Assembly: GCA_039586795.1 (NCBI GenBank)
Contig: JBDHJS010000064.1
Coordinates: 1 to 32,503, forward strand
Length of the DNA: 32,503 nucleotides
DNA from: Gemmatimonadota bacterium
GTDB lineage: Bacteria > Gemmatimonadota > Gemmatimonadetes > Palauibacterales > KS3-K002
Direction: 5' to 3'
Shown: positions 1-9,135 of the stretch, one piece after another
How the letters are laid out: each line of letters opens with the position of its first letter
How positions within the stretch are numbered: the first letter of the stretch is position 1
Notes under the pieces: generated by a model
Told to the model about the DNA's origin: nothing
What the model saw: the letters and a program-made list of their open reading frames with translations, nothing else
The model's database searches: none
Position numbers and translations under genes: made by a program

Positions 1-1
1 G

Positions 2-325
2 CTCGAGGGGCTGATGGGGTCGGCCTACCCCGGCTTTCGGCCGAGCTTCTTGATGATGATCGCCGCCGTACTGGCCCGGGCCGGCGAGGCGGACAGCGCT
101 CACGCCCTCATGCGCAGTGCGCGCGAGGAGATGGATCCTACAGATCCTTGGCCCGTGTACTTCCAGGCCAACGTGCACCTGAACCTGGGGGAGGCGGACT
201 CGGCCCTAACGTTGCTGAGTCAGTTCCTCGAGGCGGTGCCGGACCGCAAGGCGTATATCGCCACCGACTATTGGTGGCGGCCACTCCGGGAAGACCCTCG
301 CTTCAAGGCGATGGTTGAGGAGTAG
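2..325 (+). CDS. C-terminal fragment of a TPR-containing protein (TolB-like/kinase-TPR type), truncated by the window start
   Basis: Frame is open from position 2. Helical TPR-like text and terminal 'DYWWRPLREDPRFKAMV', matching the 'LRxDPRF' ending also seen in the 11897-13684 protein. Confidence 0.75.
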   Translation, partial: LEGLMGSAYPGFRPSFLMMIAAVLARAGEADSAHALMRSAREEMDPTDPWPVYFQANVHLNLGEADSALTLLSQFLEAVPDRKAYIATDYWWRPLREDPRFKAMVEE

Positions 326-378
326 CCGCCACTGTCCGGATGTGTTCCTGATTAGCCGCCACCGGCTCGGACTTGACT

Positions 379-732
379 CTACTTACTAGGTTTCACGATG
401 AGCTCCGGGTCGAGATAGTCTATACCTCCGCCCTCGCTCCTCGTCGCCGCGACGCAGTACTTCACTCTACGTCCCTTCTGGGGATCAGGATTGTCGTCCT
501 CGGCGCGGCGTGCCGTTCCTGTGATTGTCGCGGTGGGTTTTTTTTCATTTGGCGTCTTGTTATTGACAGGCGCACCATCCGAGAAAAACACAACCCAGTC
601 GCCCACACTCGTGTCCTTCTGCCACTTGACCTTATGGTCCTTCTTGCAGTCCGGTTCGGGGTCGGGCTTGCACGTCAAGGTGTCCCCGGCGAAGGAGATA
701 GTGATGATGTGATCTGCATCTTGACTAGCCAT
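379..732 (-). CDS. small all-beta hypothetical protein (117 aa), cupredoxin-like/DP-EP-like C-terminus
   Basis: ATG preceded by AGGAGG on the minus strand. Beta-strand pattern ending 'KYCVAA...YLDPELIV'. The family resemblance is by eye only. Confidence 0.65.
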   Translation of the reverse strand: MASQDADHIITISFAGDTLTCKPDPEPDCKKDHKVKWQKDTSVGDWVVFFSDGAPVNNKTPNEKKPTATITGTARRAEDDNPDPQKGRRVKYCVAATRSEGGGIDYLDPELIVKPSK

Positions 733-1200
733 TTGCGGTACCTCCTGATTTCTCTTGATGAGCTGGCGGCTTGGACCTCTCGAAATGGAAGCGCGCTAGC
801 GCCTCCACCACCTGACGGACTGCATCTATGGAAAAAAGACTGCGCGTGACCTCCGGAACCAAGTGGCGCCGGAATGAAGAAACAGGTGCGCGTGAATTGA
901 CGACGGGCGGTGAGAACGAACGCCCAGGGTGTGAAGCCGGCGTGGGCAGAGTGGGGCCTGCCACTTGTTCTTCTCGGGGCTAGAAGTTACTGCACAGCCC
1001 CTGCACCGATGACGAGTATAGACAGTATAGCGCTTGCCGTGGCACCGAACAACAAGAAAGAAATGGTATGGGAATTGGGAGCAAGTATGATGAGCCGGCA
1101 CTACGGAGGCGTGCGATCACGTAGGGTGAAGTAAGCTTGGGGCCGGACGCTAGCTCGCCCGGCCCCGGTCACTGGAAGACTGTCCGACGTGGCGGGAATT

Positions 1201-2616
1201 CTAAGGTGCTTCTTCTCGAGTGAGTTCCCCGGTCTTCGGATCGTAGTAGCGGATGACCGCCACGACGCCCGGTCGTCGGCCGTCATACACCGACACCTTG
1301 ATGTCCTGCTTCCCGCCCTTCGGCCGGAACACCAACCAGCCGGTTAGCGGCACCTGGTCAGCCAGTTGATCGCAGTCGCCCGCGGGCCCATCCTGCTCGC
1401 CCGCCGCCACGCCCGGCATCCAAACCCGGCACTCGCCCGGCTTCGGCATGTAGCGCTGCTCTATATCTAGAGTCGCCACGGCTTCGGGAACTGGATCGTC
1501 GTCCGCTTCCTCGGCCGGCGGCGGCGTTTCGTCTGCCGGAGGTGGCTCGTCGGCCGGTGGACCCTGGCCGCGACCCTGGTTGCCGGGTTCGTCGTCCTTG
1601 GGCTTCTGACCTTGCCCCTCGCGCCCACGTCCCTGGTTTCCCGGCGGTTCGTCGTTCGGCGGCTCGACCGCTGGCGGCTCGTCCGCCGGTGGTCCCTGAC
1701 CGCGACCTTGATTGCCCGGCTCGTCGTCTTTGGGCTTTTGGCCTTGCCCCTCGCGTCCGCGCCCCTGGTTGCCCGGCGGTTCGTCCTCCGGCGGTTCTAC
1801 CGCTGGCGGCTCGTCGGCCGGCGGTCCCTGGCCCCGACCCCGGTTGCCCGGTTCTTCATCCCGGTCCCGCTGACCCCAACCGCGCCCTTCGTCCTCCGCC
1901 TCGTCGTCTTTCTTCTGCTGGCCCGGCGGCTCGTCCGTCGTCCATCCCTGACCCGAACCCCAGTTGCGGTGTGGAGGCTCTTCGCGGATCAGAGCGCCGC
2001 TGGTCGAATCGTACACGCGAACCACCCGGATGACGCCGGCCCGGTCCGTGTCGAACACCCAGACCTTGATCTGCTTCCGGTTCTTGGTGGGTCGGTAGAC
2101 CAGCCAGGCGCCGGCCGGGACCTGGGTGGACAGCTGGTTGCAGTCGCCCTCCAGTCCGTCACGCTGCTGGCCCGCCGGCACGCCGGGGAGCCAGACGCGG
2201 CAGAGGCCCGGCGGCGGCAGATGGCCCGGCGGAATGCCGAGGGTTGCCGCGGGGCTTGGCTTCGGATCGCCGTTCGAGCCCTCGGGTGGCGGCTCATCGG
2301 CGGCCGGGTCTTCGGTTGGCGGCTGCGGCCCGCCGGGATCGATCACCGGAGGTGGCGCTTGCGAGTCCGGCGGCAGCGGCCCGCCCGGGTCGATCACCGG
2401 GGGCGGCGTCGCCTGAGAGTCCGGCGGCTGGGGCCCGCCGGGATCGATCACCGGTGGCTCCGCCGGCTGCGGCTCCGGGTTCGGCGGCCGGTAGACCGGG
2501 GGCTCGGAGTCCCGGGTCTCGGCGTCTGAGTTGTCTGACTCCGAGGCGGGATAGATGTGCACGGTGCAGCCGCTTAGTGCCAGGGCGGCGACCAGGGTGA
2601 GAAGTCCTGCTTTCAT
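1201..2616 (-). CDS. proline-rich repeat lipoprotein with a duplicated ~90-aa Cys-containing domain
   Basis: GGAGGAG RBS before ATG at 2616. Lipobox 'LALSG|C'. Two 'PxPGxCRVWxPGVxAGxQ...GDC' domains separated by Pro/Gly/Glu/Gln repeats. Confidence 0.85.
   Translation of the reverse strand: MKAGLLTLVAALALSGCTVHIYPASESDNSDAETRDSEPPVYRPPNPEPQPAEPPVIDPGGPQPPDSQATPPPVIDPGGPLPPDSQAPPPVIDPGGPQPPTEDPAADEPPPEGSNGDPKPSPAATLGIPPGHLPPPGLCRVWLPGVPAGQQRDGLEGDCNQLSTQVPAGAWLVYRPTKNRKQIKVWVFDTDRAGVIRVVRVYDSTSGALIREEPPHRNWGSGQGWTTDEPPGQQKKDDEAEDEGRGWGQRDRDEEPGNRGRGQGPPADEPPAVEPPEDEPPGNQGRGREGQGQKPKDDEPGNQGRGQGPPADEPPAVEPPNDEPPGNQGRGREGQGQKPKDDEPGNQGRGQGPPADEPPPADETPPPAEEADDDPVPEAVATLDIEQRYMPKPGECRVWMPGVAAGEQDGPAGDCDQLADQVPLTGWLVFRPKGGKQDIKVSVYDGRRPGVVAVIRYYDPKTGELTREEAP
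1541..1860 (-). repeat. intragenic tandem repeat, 132-bp (44-aa) unit, two full copies plus a partial
   Basis: GRGQGPPADEPPAVEPP(E/N)DEPPGNQGRGREGQGQKPKDDEPGNQ is repeated. DNA 'ccgctggcggctcgtc' recurs at 1668 and 1800. Confidence 0.85.
2318..2460 (-). repeat. intragenic tandem repeat PPVIDPGGP(Q/L)PP x3
   Basis: Three copies are visible in the translation and as recurring 'cgatcaccgg' in the DNA. Confidence 0.85.
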
Positions 2617-2896
2617 CGCAACTCCTCCTGCGAGGGCGCGTGTGCCTCCCACTCTTATATAGAGAAGGTGGCGGAACGCTTCGAATTGCATGGGGAGGTT
2701 GCGGCGAGGGGTAGAGATTAGACCCCGGGAGGAGCGGGTTGTTCCGCAGTTTGAGGGCACCGAATCTCGTGATCCCCGAATCCCCGAATCCCACCCGGGA
2801 ACGGTCGCCTGAAGGGATTTGTTCTTACCGCGTACCGCGCCGGGAGACGCTGCCTCCGCAGCCCGGCGGGACACAGGCCCCAACAGGAGAAACCCC

Positions 2897-3652
2897 ATGA
2901 ATGTGAGATTAGCCCTCCGCGCCGCCCCAGCGGCCCTGGCGCTCGCCGTACTTGCGACGACCGCGAGTGCCCAACTTCCCGATCCCGGGATCGATATCGA
3001 CTACGAGCGGATCGCCGTGGTCATCACCGATCCACAAAACGACTTCCTCAGCCCCGATGGCGTCACCTGGGGTGTCGTCGGCGAGAGCGTCACCGAGAAC
3101 AACACGGTGGCAAACATCGAGGCGCTATTGGAGACGGCCAAGGCGCACGGTATTCCCGTCTTCATCTCGCCGCATTACTACTACCCGACTGACCACGGCT
3201 GGCAGTTCGGCGGAGCGCTCGAAGTACTGATGCACAACATCGGGATGTTCGATCGTGCCGACGCGCTCAGCTTGGAAGGGTTCGAGGGTTCCGGCGCCGA
3301 CTGGCTGGAGATCTATAAGCCGTACATCCAGGACGGCGAAACGGTCGTGTCGAGCCCCCACAAGGTCTACGGCCCCGAGACCAACGACCTGGTACTCCAA
3401 CTCCGCAAGCGCGGCATCGACCAGGTCATCCTCGCCGGCATGTCGGCGAACCTCTGCACCGAAGCCCACATGCGCGAGCTATTGGAGCAAGGCTTCGAGG
3501 TCGCGGTAGTGAAAGACGCCACCGCAGCCGCCAAGCTCCCCGAACTGAACGGCTACGAGGCCGCGGTGCTCAACTTCCGCTTCATGGCCAACGCGGTCTG
3601 GACGACCGAGGAAGCCACCGCGAAGCTGAGCATGGGAACGCCGACCCACTAG
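2897..3652 (+). CDS. cysteine hydrolase (isochorismatase family) with signal peptide
   Basis: AGGAGA RBS before ATG 2897. Signal peptide ending 'TASA'. Motifs 'VITDPQNDF' (Asp), 'PHKVY' (Lys) and 'AGMSANLCTE' (Cys). Confidence 0.9.
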   Translation: MNVRLALRAAPAALALAVLATTASAQLPDPGIDIDYERIAVVITDPQNDFLSPDGVTWGVVGESVTENNTVANIEALLETAKAHGIPVFISPHYYYPTDHGWQFGGALEVLMHNIGMFDRADALSLEGFEGSGADWLEIYKPYIQDGETVVSSPHKVYGPETNDLVLQLRKRGIDQVILAGMSANLCTEAHMRELLEQGFEVAVVKDATAAAKLPELNGYEAAVLNFRFMANAVWTTEEATAKLSMGTPTH

Positions 3653-3677
3653 GCGCCCGAGAAGGAAACTCGAGGAA

Positions 3678-3709
3678 AAGGCTCGGTCCGCGCACGCAGG
3701 CCGGGCCTT
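3678..3709 (+). terminator. possible intrinsic terminator hairpin
   Basis: AAGGCTCGGTC...GGCCGGGCCTT stem (with G-U pairs) 25 bp after the hydrolase stop. The T tail is weak. Confidence 0.35.
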
Positions 3710-3800
3710 CCTTCCATCGTGCTTGCGCCAATCCAACCTCGTCACATCTTACCACCCCAACACAACAACGAATCTCGTAATCACAGAACCACAGAATCAA

Positions 3801-5234
3801 ATGAACAAAGTCACTGCATTAGGGCTGATACTGGCATTGGGTGGCGCCTTCGGGTGCGCCGAGCGCAACGACGTCGTCGTGATACGCAACGTCACCGTCA
3901 TCGACGGTACAGGCGCCGACCCGCGACCCGGAATGACGGTGGTCGTCGAGGGGGCGCAGATCGATGCGATGGGCGCGGAGGGCTCGGTGAGCTATCCGCC
4001 CTCGGCCCGGGTCATCGATGGGACGGACCGCTTTCTCATCCCCGGCCTCTGGGACATGCACGTGCACCTGCGCGACCTCGAGGGCACGCTGCCGCTTTTT
4101 GTCGTAAACGGCGTGACCACGGTGCGGGACATGGGCAGCCAGCTTGAGAACTCGGTGGCTCTGAGGGAGGAGGTCGAGGCCGGGACGCGGGTTGGGCCAC
4201 GCATCAAGACCTCGGGCATGGTGGTGGAGAGTTCCAGCTGGGTGGCGCAGTACGTGGAGCTGATGCGCGAGCAGGGTGCGAACGAGGCGGAGGTGGAGGA
4301 GTTTTTGGAAACGCGGATCACGGCGGGTGACCCGGAAGAGGGAAAGGCGGTCGTCGATTCGCTGATCGGGCAGGGCGCTGACTTCATCAAGATCCGCCAC
4401 GCGGAGTCGCCGGAGGTCTTCGCGGCTATCGCGAATGCGGCGTCCGCCGCCGGCACGCACCTGGCGGGCCACTACGTTTGGATCTTGAGCCTGGAGGCAA
4501 GCGCCGACGGCGGACAGCGGAGCATCGAACACAACATCTTCCCGGGTTTCAGTCGAAAGACTCCGGAGCAGAAGCGCGAGATCTTTGACGCCCTGTTGCG
4601 TAACGATACGCATCTCGTTCCCACGCTGGTCACGAACGCGATGCAAACGGCGCCGCTCGAGGAAGTCAGCGCGATGGCCGAAGACGCCGAGGGTGCGATC
4701 GACCCTCGCAATCGCTACGTGTCGAGGGCGATCCGCGAGAGCTGGATCGAGACCGTGGCGTTGGACGCCGCCGACGACGAGCGGCCGCCGCCGCAGGTCA
4801 TCGAGGGCATGATCTCGGGCAGCAATCGGTTCCTGGTTGAAGCGCGTCAGGCTGGCGTGAAGATGCTGGCGGGCACAGACGCGCCGACAACCGGCGTGTT
4901 CTTCGGCTTCAGCCTGCACGACGAGCTGGCGTTGCTGGTCGAGCACTACGGGATGACACCGATGGAGGCGCTGCGGAGCGCCACGGCGCTGCCCGCCGCC
5001 TTCATGGGGATGGACGCGGAGGTGGGCACCATCGAGGTTGGCAAGCGCGCGGACCTGTTACTGCTGGAGGCCGACCCGCTGGCGGACATAGCGAATACGC
5101 GAAGAATCGATACGGTGATTGCCAACGGTCGCGCGTTCGACCGCGATTCGCGAGAGCGGTTGCTGGACGAAATCGAGGCGTCGATCGCCGCCGGACGCGG
5201 CGACCCGGCCGCCGGGAACGGGAGCGGGCACTAG
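3801..5234 (+). CDS. amidohydrolase-family lipoprotein (metal-dependent TIM barrel)
   Basis: Lipobox-like 'GAFG|C'. Motifs 'IPGLWDMHVH', 'GVTTVRDMG', 'SIEH', 'LAGTD' and 'GTIEVGKRADLLLL'. Confidence 0.9.
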   Translation: MNKVTALGLILALGGAFGCAERNDVVVIRNVTVIDGTGADPRPGMTVVVEGAQIDAMGAEGSVSYPPSARVIDGTDRFLIPGLWDMHVHLRDLEGTLPLFVVNGVTTVRDMGSQLENSVALREEVEAGTRVGPRIKTSGMVVESSSWVAQYVELMREQGANEAEVEEFLETRITAGDPEEGKAVVDSLIGQGADFIKIRHAESPEVFAAIANAASAAGTHLAGHYVWILSLEASADGGQRSIEHNIFPGFSRKTPEQKREIFDALLRNDTHLVPTLVTNAMQTAPLEEVSAMAEDAEGAIDPRNRYVSRAIRESWIETVALDAADDERPPPQVIEGMISGSNRFLVEARQAGVKMLAGTDAPTTGVFFGFSLHDELALLVEHYGMTPMEALRSATALPAAFMGMDAEVGTIEVGKRADLLLLEADPLADIANTRRIDTVIANGRAFDRDSRERLLDEIEASIAAGRGDPAAGNGSGH

Positions 5235-5355
5235 AACACGCTCCGCTTCCGCGTTGGGCGATCCCGCATTATCCTTGTCCCATATTCCAACCGATAACCC
5301 GGAGCGCGGTGGTGAGGGGAAGGTCGGCAGTCCACACCTTACCCGGAGGTACTCA

Positions 5356-5874
5356 ATGAGACCCAACCGTATAGTGTTCGTGGCCGTAGCCGCCCTGGCG
5401 ATCGTCATGGCGGGCTGCGCCCAGGAGGGGGCCGAGCAGGCCCAGCAGATGGAGATGGCGGCGGCCGTCGACATGGCGGCTCTCGAAGCCGCCATGGAAG
5501 AGATGCGCGGCACGTGGGAGCAGGCGTACGAGGCCGGTGACGTGGAACGTCTGGTGGCGCTCTATGCCGGCGACGGCATCTACATGATGCCCTTCGCCGA
5601 AGCGATGGAAGGCCGCGCCACCATCCAGCAGGTGCTCACCGACCAGATGATGCGGATGCCGAACCGCCAGGTCGACCTCACCCCCAGCGACTACGGCGCC
5701 AGCGGCGAGCTGGCGTACGAGATCGGCACCTACAAGCTGAGCGCCGATGTTGAGGGCGAGCCGTTCGAGGATGTCGGCAAGTACCTGATCCTGGCGAAGC
5801 GCCAGACGGACGGCAGCTGGCTCATCGTCGCGCACATCTGGAACACGAACCTGCCGCAGGTGATGCCCGGGTAG
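5356..5874 (+). CDS. NTF2-like/DUF4440 (YybH-type) lipoprotein
   Basis: GGAGG RBS before ATG 5356. Lipobox 'VMAG|C'. Motifs 'LAYEIGTY' and 'GKYLILAKRQTDGSWLI...WN'. Confidence 0.85.
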   Translation: MRPNRIVFVAVAALAIVMAGCAQEGAEQAQQMEMAAAVDMAALEAAMEEMRGTWEQAYEAGDVERLVALYAGDGIYMMPFAEAMEGRATIQQVLTDQMMRMPNRQVDLTPSDYGASGELAYEIGTYKLSADVEGEPFEDVGKYLILAKRQTDGSWLIVAHIWNTNLPQVMPG

Positions 5875-5941
5875 AAGATCAAAGGCGAAACCAAAGCTCT
5901 CGGGTCGGCGGCCGACGTGATCCTGGCCGCGCGCGCCTGCG

Positions 5942-5975
5942 AACCGGTCGGGCCGGCTCCTCGGCCCGGCCGGTT
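5942..5975. terminator. GC-rich hairpin between convergent genes, probable bidirectional terminator
   Basis: 14-bp stem AACCGGTCGGGCCG / CGGCCCGGCCGGTT (one G-T pair) with a 6-nt loop. Confidence 0.6.
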
Positions 5976-5976
5976 T

Positions 5977-8430
5977 CTACTCCCAGCGCAGCGCCTCCAC
6001 CGGATCCAACCGATTAACGCGGCGGGTCGGCAAGTAAGCGGCGAGTGCGACGATGCCGAGCAGCGCGACGGCGGCCAGGGCGAACGTCAAAGGATCTGTG
6101 CCTTTGATGCCGAACAGCAGGCTCTCCATCACGCGGGTCACGGCGAACGCGACGCCCAGCCCGAAGAGGACGCCGGCGGCCGATACCGCGAGTCCTTCCC
6201 ACGTGACCTGGCGGCGGATGTCGGCGGGGTTCGCACCCAGCGCCAGGCGGACGCCGAATTCCCGGGTGCGCCGGGCGACGGACTGTGACACCAGGCCGTA
6301 GACGCCCATCAGCGCTAGGATGAGGGCCGTCAGTCCGAAGCCGCCCACCAGCAGCGTGTTCACCCGCGCCTGCAACAACGAGCTCGCCCGCAGGTAGTCG
6401 AGGCTATAGATCCAGGAGACCGGCTGCTTGGGATCGACGCGCCAGATGGCCTCACGCAACTCGTCGGAGCCCGTGCTGGCCCCGGCGTGGACGACGATGA
6501 AGAACTCCCGGGCCACGTCCATGTCCTGCCGCTGGGGGATGTAGACGGCGGGTAACACGGCGTTCTGTGGACCGCGCCGGCGCACATCGCCCAGCACTCC
6601 GACGATGGTATACCACGGTTGAGGTTCTTCCCCCGCAGTCAACAGATGGTCGGGCAGGCCGAGCCGGATCCGGCGCCCGATCGGGGAGCCGCCGCCGTAG
6701 TGGGTCTGGGCGAACGTCTCGTTCACCAGCGCCACCAGTGCCGTGCCCGCGCCGTCCGTTCGCTGCAGGGGGCGGCCCTGGACGAGGGGAATGCCTAGCG
6801 TCTCCTCGTACCCCGGCGTGACGATCATCAAGTCGACCACGGGCACATCGGCCAGCGACTGCGCTGGCGATTCTTCCCGAGTCACCTGCTTGCCCCAGTT
6901 GATCGGCTGCAGCGGCAGGCTGACCGTCGCGGCGGCCGACCGAACGTCGGGGAGCGCCTCCAGCTCGCGAATCGATTCCTCCAGGAACGTCGCCACGCGC
7001 TGGCGATCGCCGTAGTCGGTGCGGGAGAGACTCAGGTGCAGCGCGATACGGTCGTCCGGTGTGAAGCCGGGCTCCACGCCGGACAGTCGGTCGAGGCTCC
7101 GCAGCAGCAGCCCCGCACCGATGAGCAGCACCGTCGCGACGGCCACCTGCAAGGTGACAAAGGTCCTTCGCGCTCGGGTCTCCCGGCGCGTGGAAACGGA
7201 GGGTGTCCCCGGCTGCAGCGCTTCGCCGGCCTTCACGTGCGTCGCCGCCCAGGCGGGCAACAGCCCGAACGCCAGTCCCGCGACGATGGAGATGGTGAGG
7301 GTGAACGCCAGCACCCGGGCATCCACCGAAAGATCGAACTGGGGCGGCAACCAGTTGGGCTGCCAGGCGCGCAACGCGTCGATCGCGTAGAAGCAGATCA
7401 CCAGCCCCAGTAGCCCACCCGTCACCGAAAGCAGCAGCGCTTCGTTTAGTTCGTGACCCGCCAACCGCCGCCGCCCGGCGCCCAGTGCTGCCCGCACGGT
7501 CATCTCCCGTTCGCGGCTGCTAGAGCGAGTGAGCAGTAGCGTCGCCACGTTCACGCAGGCGATGAGCAGCACGAGCCCCACGGCGGCGAACATCAACAGC
7601 ACGCTCGTGCGAACGCCCTGGACCAACACGCCATGGAGCGACTGGACGCGCGAACCGATCCCGTCGTTCCACTCCGGTTGAGCTTGCTCGAGCCGACTGG
7701 CCAGGACGGCCATCTCCCGGTCCGCCTGTTCCAGGGTGGTCCCGTCCCGCACGCGGGCGAAGACCAGCGAGTTGTGGTTCTCCCGATACCCCAGGGCGCC
7801 CGGGTCGAGGGGCAGGGGCGTGATCACGTGGAGGGCATCCGTGCCCGAGATATTCGTGCTCGGCACCTCGAAACCCGCGGGCAGTACGCCGACCACGGTA
7901 TGGCTTATGCCGTCGAGGATGAGGGGCTCATCGAGCACCGCCAGCGTGCCGCCGAATCGGGAGCGCCATAGCGCGTGGCTGATCAGGCAGACCGGCTCCG
8001 CTCCCGGCCGCCCGTCGTCCGCGCGCAACCCGCGCCCCAGCTCCGGCGCCACGCCGAAGAGCGACAGTATGCCCGGCGTCGCCTGCAAGCCGTTCACGCG
8101 GACCGGCTCGCCGGTGCCGCTCACGTTGTAGGGACGCCGCTGAACCGCCGCCATCCGCTGGAAGACGGTGTTCGAGTTCTGCCAGTCCGTGAAGTTGGCC
8201 AGCGTGACGGTGGAGAGGGCTCCGGTTTGAGTGCGGGTCTCCCAGACGATGGCCAGTTCCTCTGGTCGCTCGAAGGGGAGCGGCGAGAAGAGCAGGCCGT
8301 TGACGATGCTGAACAGGGCGCTGTTGACGCCGATCCCGAGCGCCAGCGTCAGCACGACCACCGCGCAGAAGCCCTTCGCCCGGGCCAGTCGCCGCAACGC
8401 AACTCTCATGTCCTGCCAGATCGAGCCCAT
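5977..8430 (-). CDS. ABC transporter permease, duplicated MacB/FtsX-type (ADOP family)
   Basis: 'WQDMRVALRRL...LTLALGIGVN', 'LLIACVNVA', 'VRAALGAGR', 'RRTREFGVRLALGA' and 'DPVEALRWE'. GGAGG RBS. Confidence 0.93.
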   Translation of the reverse strand: MGSIWQDMRVALRRLARAKGFCAVVVLTLALGIGVNSALFSIVNGLLFSPLPFERPEELAIVWETRTQTGALSTVTLANFTDWQNSNTVFQRMAAVQRRPYNVSGTGEPVRVNGLQATPGILSLFGVAPELGRGLRADDGRPGAEPVCLISHALWRSRFGGTLAVLDEPLILDGISHTVVGVLPAGFEVPSTNISGTDALHVITPLPLDPGALGYRENHNSLVFARVRDGTTLEQADREMAVLASRLEQAQPEWNDGIGSRVQSLHGVLVQGVRTSVLLMFAAVGLVLLIACVNVATLLLTRSSSREREMTVRAALGAGRRRLAGHELNEALLLSVTGGLLGLVICFYAIDALRAWQPNWLPPQFDLSVDARVLAFTLTISIVAGLAFGLLPAWAATHVKAGEALQPGTPSVSTRRETRARRTFVTLQVAVATVLLIGAGLLLRSLDRLSGVEPGFTPDDRIALHLSLSRTDYGDRQRVATFLEESIRELEALPDVRSAAATVSLPLQPINWGKQVTREESPAQSLADVPVVDLMIVTPGYEETLGIPLVQGRPLQRTDGAGTALVALVNETFAQTHYGGGSPIGRRIRLGLPDHLLTAGEEPQPWYTIVGVLGDVRRRGPQNAVLPAVYIPQRQDMDVAREFFIVVHAGASTGSDELREAIWRVDPKQPVSWIYSLDYLRASSLLQARVNTLLVGGFGLTALILALMGVYGLVSQSVARRTREFGVRLALGANPADIRRQVTWEGLAVSAAGVLFGLGVAFAVTRVMESLLFGIKGTDPLTFALAAVALLGIVALAAYLPTRRVNRLDPVEALRWE

Positions 8431-8600
8431 CCGTCCCTCCGAGCCGTATCGGTCGCTCAGAGAGAAGGAAAGAAGTATGCCAGCTGGCGAGTGGCGTGGA
8501 CCTGCCGTTCAATCAGGTGTTGTCGGGGTGCTCGGCGTGATCGTGCAGAGCTGGGCGTTCACTCATGGAAAGAGAAGTCCCGGAACCGGACACATGGAAC

Positions 8601-8867
8601 TCACCGATAGACGTCCTTCCGGTGACCGATCTTCACGACTGTCAGAACCCGCTCTTCGTCGTCGAGCGAGTAAACGATTCGGTAACGGCCCTGCCGCACG
8701 CGGTAGCGTTCCTGTGCCGTCAGCTTTTCGCAACCCCGTGGCCGCGGATCGGCAGCCAGGTCGCCGATGCGCGCGGCGAGGTGCTGTCTGTCTTTCTTCA
8801 CGGGGATGGCCTCCAGCTCTTTGACGGCCGAAGGCTTGATCAGGATGCGGTAGTCAGATGACGCCAC
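8601..8867 (-). CDS. relE: type II TA toxin, RelE/ParE family
   Basis: 'AVKELEAI...DPRPRGCEKL...YRVRQGRYRIVY...VVKIGHRKDVYR'. GTG start overlaps the antitoxin end. Confidence 0.92.
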   Translation of the reverse strand: MASSDYRILIKPSAVKELEAIPVKKDRQHLAARIGDLAADPRPRGCEKLTAQERYRVRQGRYRIVYSLDDEERVLTVVKIGHRKDVYR

Positions 8868-9099
8868 GCTGCTTCAAGTCTCCGAGCACCTTCTCGAAGG
8901 AGAGCGAGCGCTCGCCGGCGCGTTCCTCGAAGGCTTCCAGATCCTCGGCGTCCTCGGCCAGGTCGCGGCGCACCGCCTCGTTGACCAGATCCGAGATGGA
9001 GCGGTCGGTCTCCACCGCCTTGAGTCTGAGAGCGCGGTGAAGGGCGGGATCGAAGTAGATCGTCGCCCGCTTGGGGTGCGGGCCGTCGGAGCTGCTCAT
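8854..9099 (-). CDS. ribbon-helix-helix (CopG-like) antitoxin
   Basis: 'KRATIYFDPALHRALRLKAVETDRSISDLVNEAVR' with an acidic tail. Start placed at ATG 9099 from promoter geometry. Confidence 0.88.
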   Translation of the reverse strand: MSSSDGPHPKRATIYFDPALHRALRLKAVETDRSISDLVNEAVRRDLAEDAEDLEAFEERAGERSLSFEKVLGDLKQRGVI

Positions 9100-9106
9100 G
9101 GGTCGA

Positions 9107-9135
9107 ATCATACCGTTATAACGTTATAACGTCAA
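9107..9135 (-). promoter_or_regulatory. sigma70-type promoter with palindromic operator for the RHH/RelE operon
   Basis: Minus strand TTGACG-17bp-TATGAT. Perfect 18-bp palindrome CGTTATAACGTTATAACG (9114-9131) fills the spacer. Confidence 0.8.

Noticed and set aside
323..362. Direct repeat TAGCCGCCAC twice near the first stop codon
   Set aside because: Only 10 bp with 20 bp between copies. Too short to call a target-site duplication or att site.
733..1200. Short ORFs (725-964, 826-1101, 910-1134)
   Set aside because: No recognisable motifs, RBS or host-like codon bias. Treated as intergenic.
1541..2460. CRISPR array interpretation of the tandem repeats
   Set aside because: The repeats are in-frame coding units without unique spacers, and there are no cas genes.
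2617..2898. 94-aa N-terminal extension of the Pro-rich ORF in the track
   Set aside because: The RBS and lipoprotein signal begin at ATG 2616, and the extension overlaps the divergent gene's upstream region.
8490..8600. Hydrophobic plus-strand stretch 'GVVGVLGVIVQSWAF' that could be a gene remnant
   Set aside because: Too short to assign, with no start or homologous context visible.
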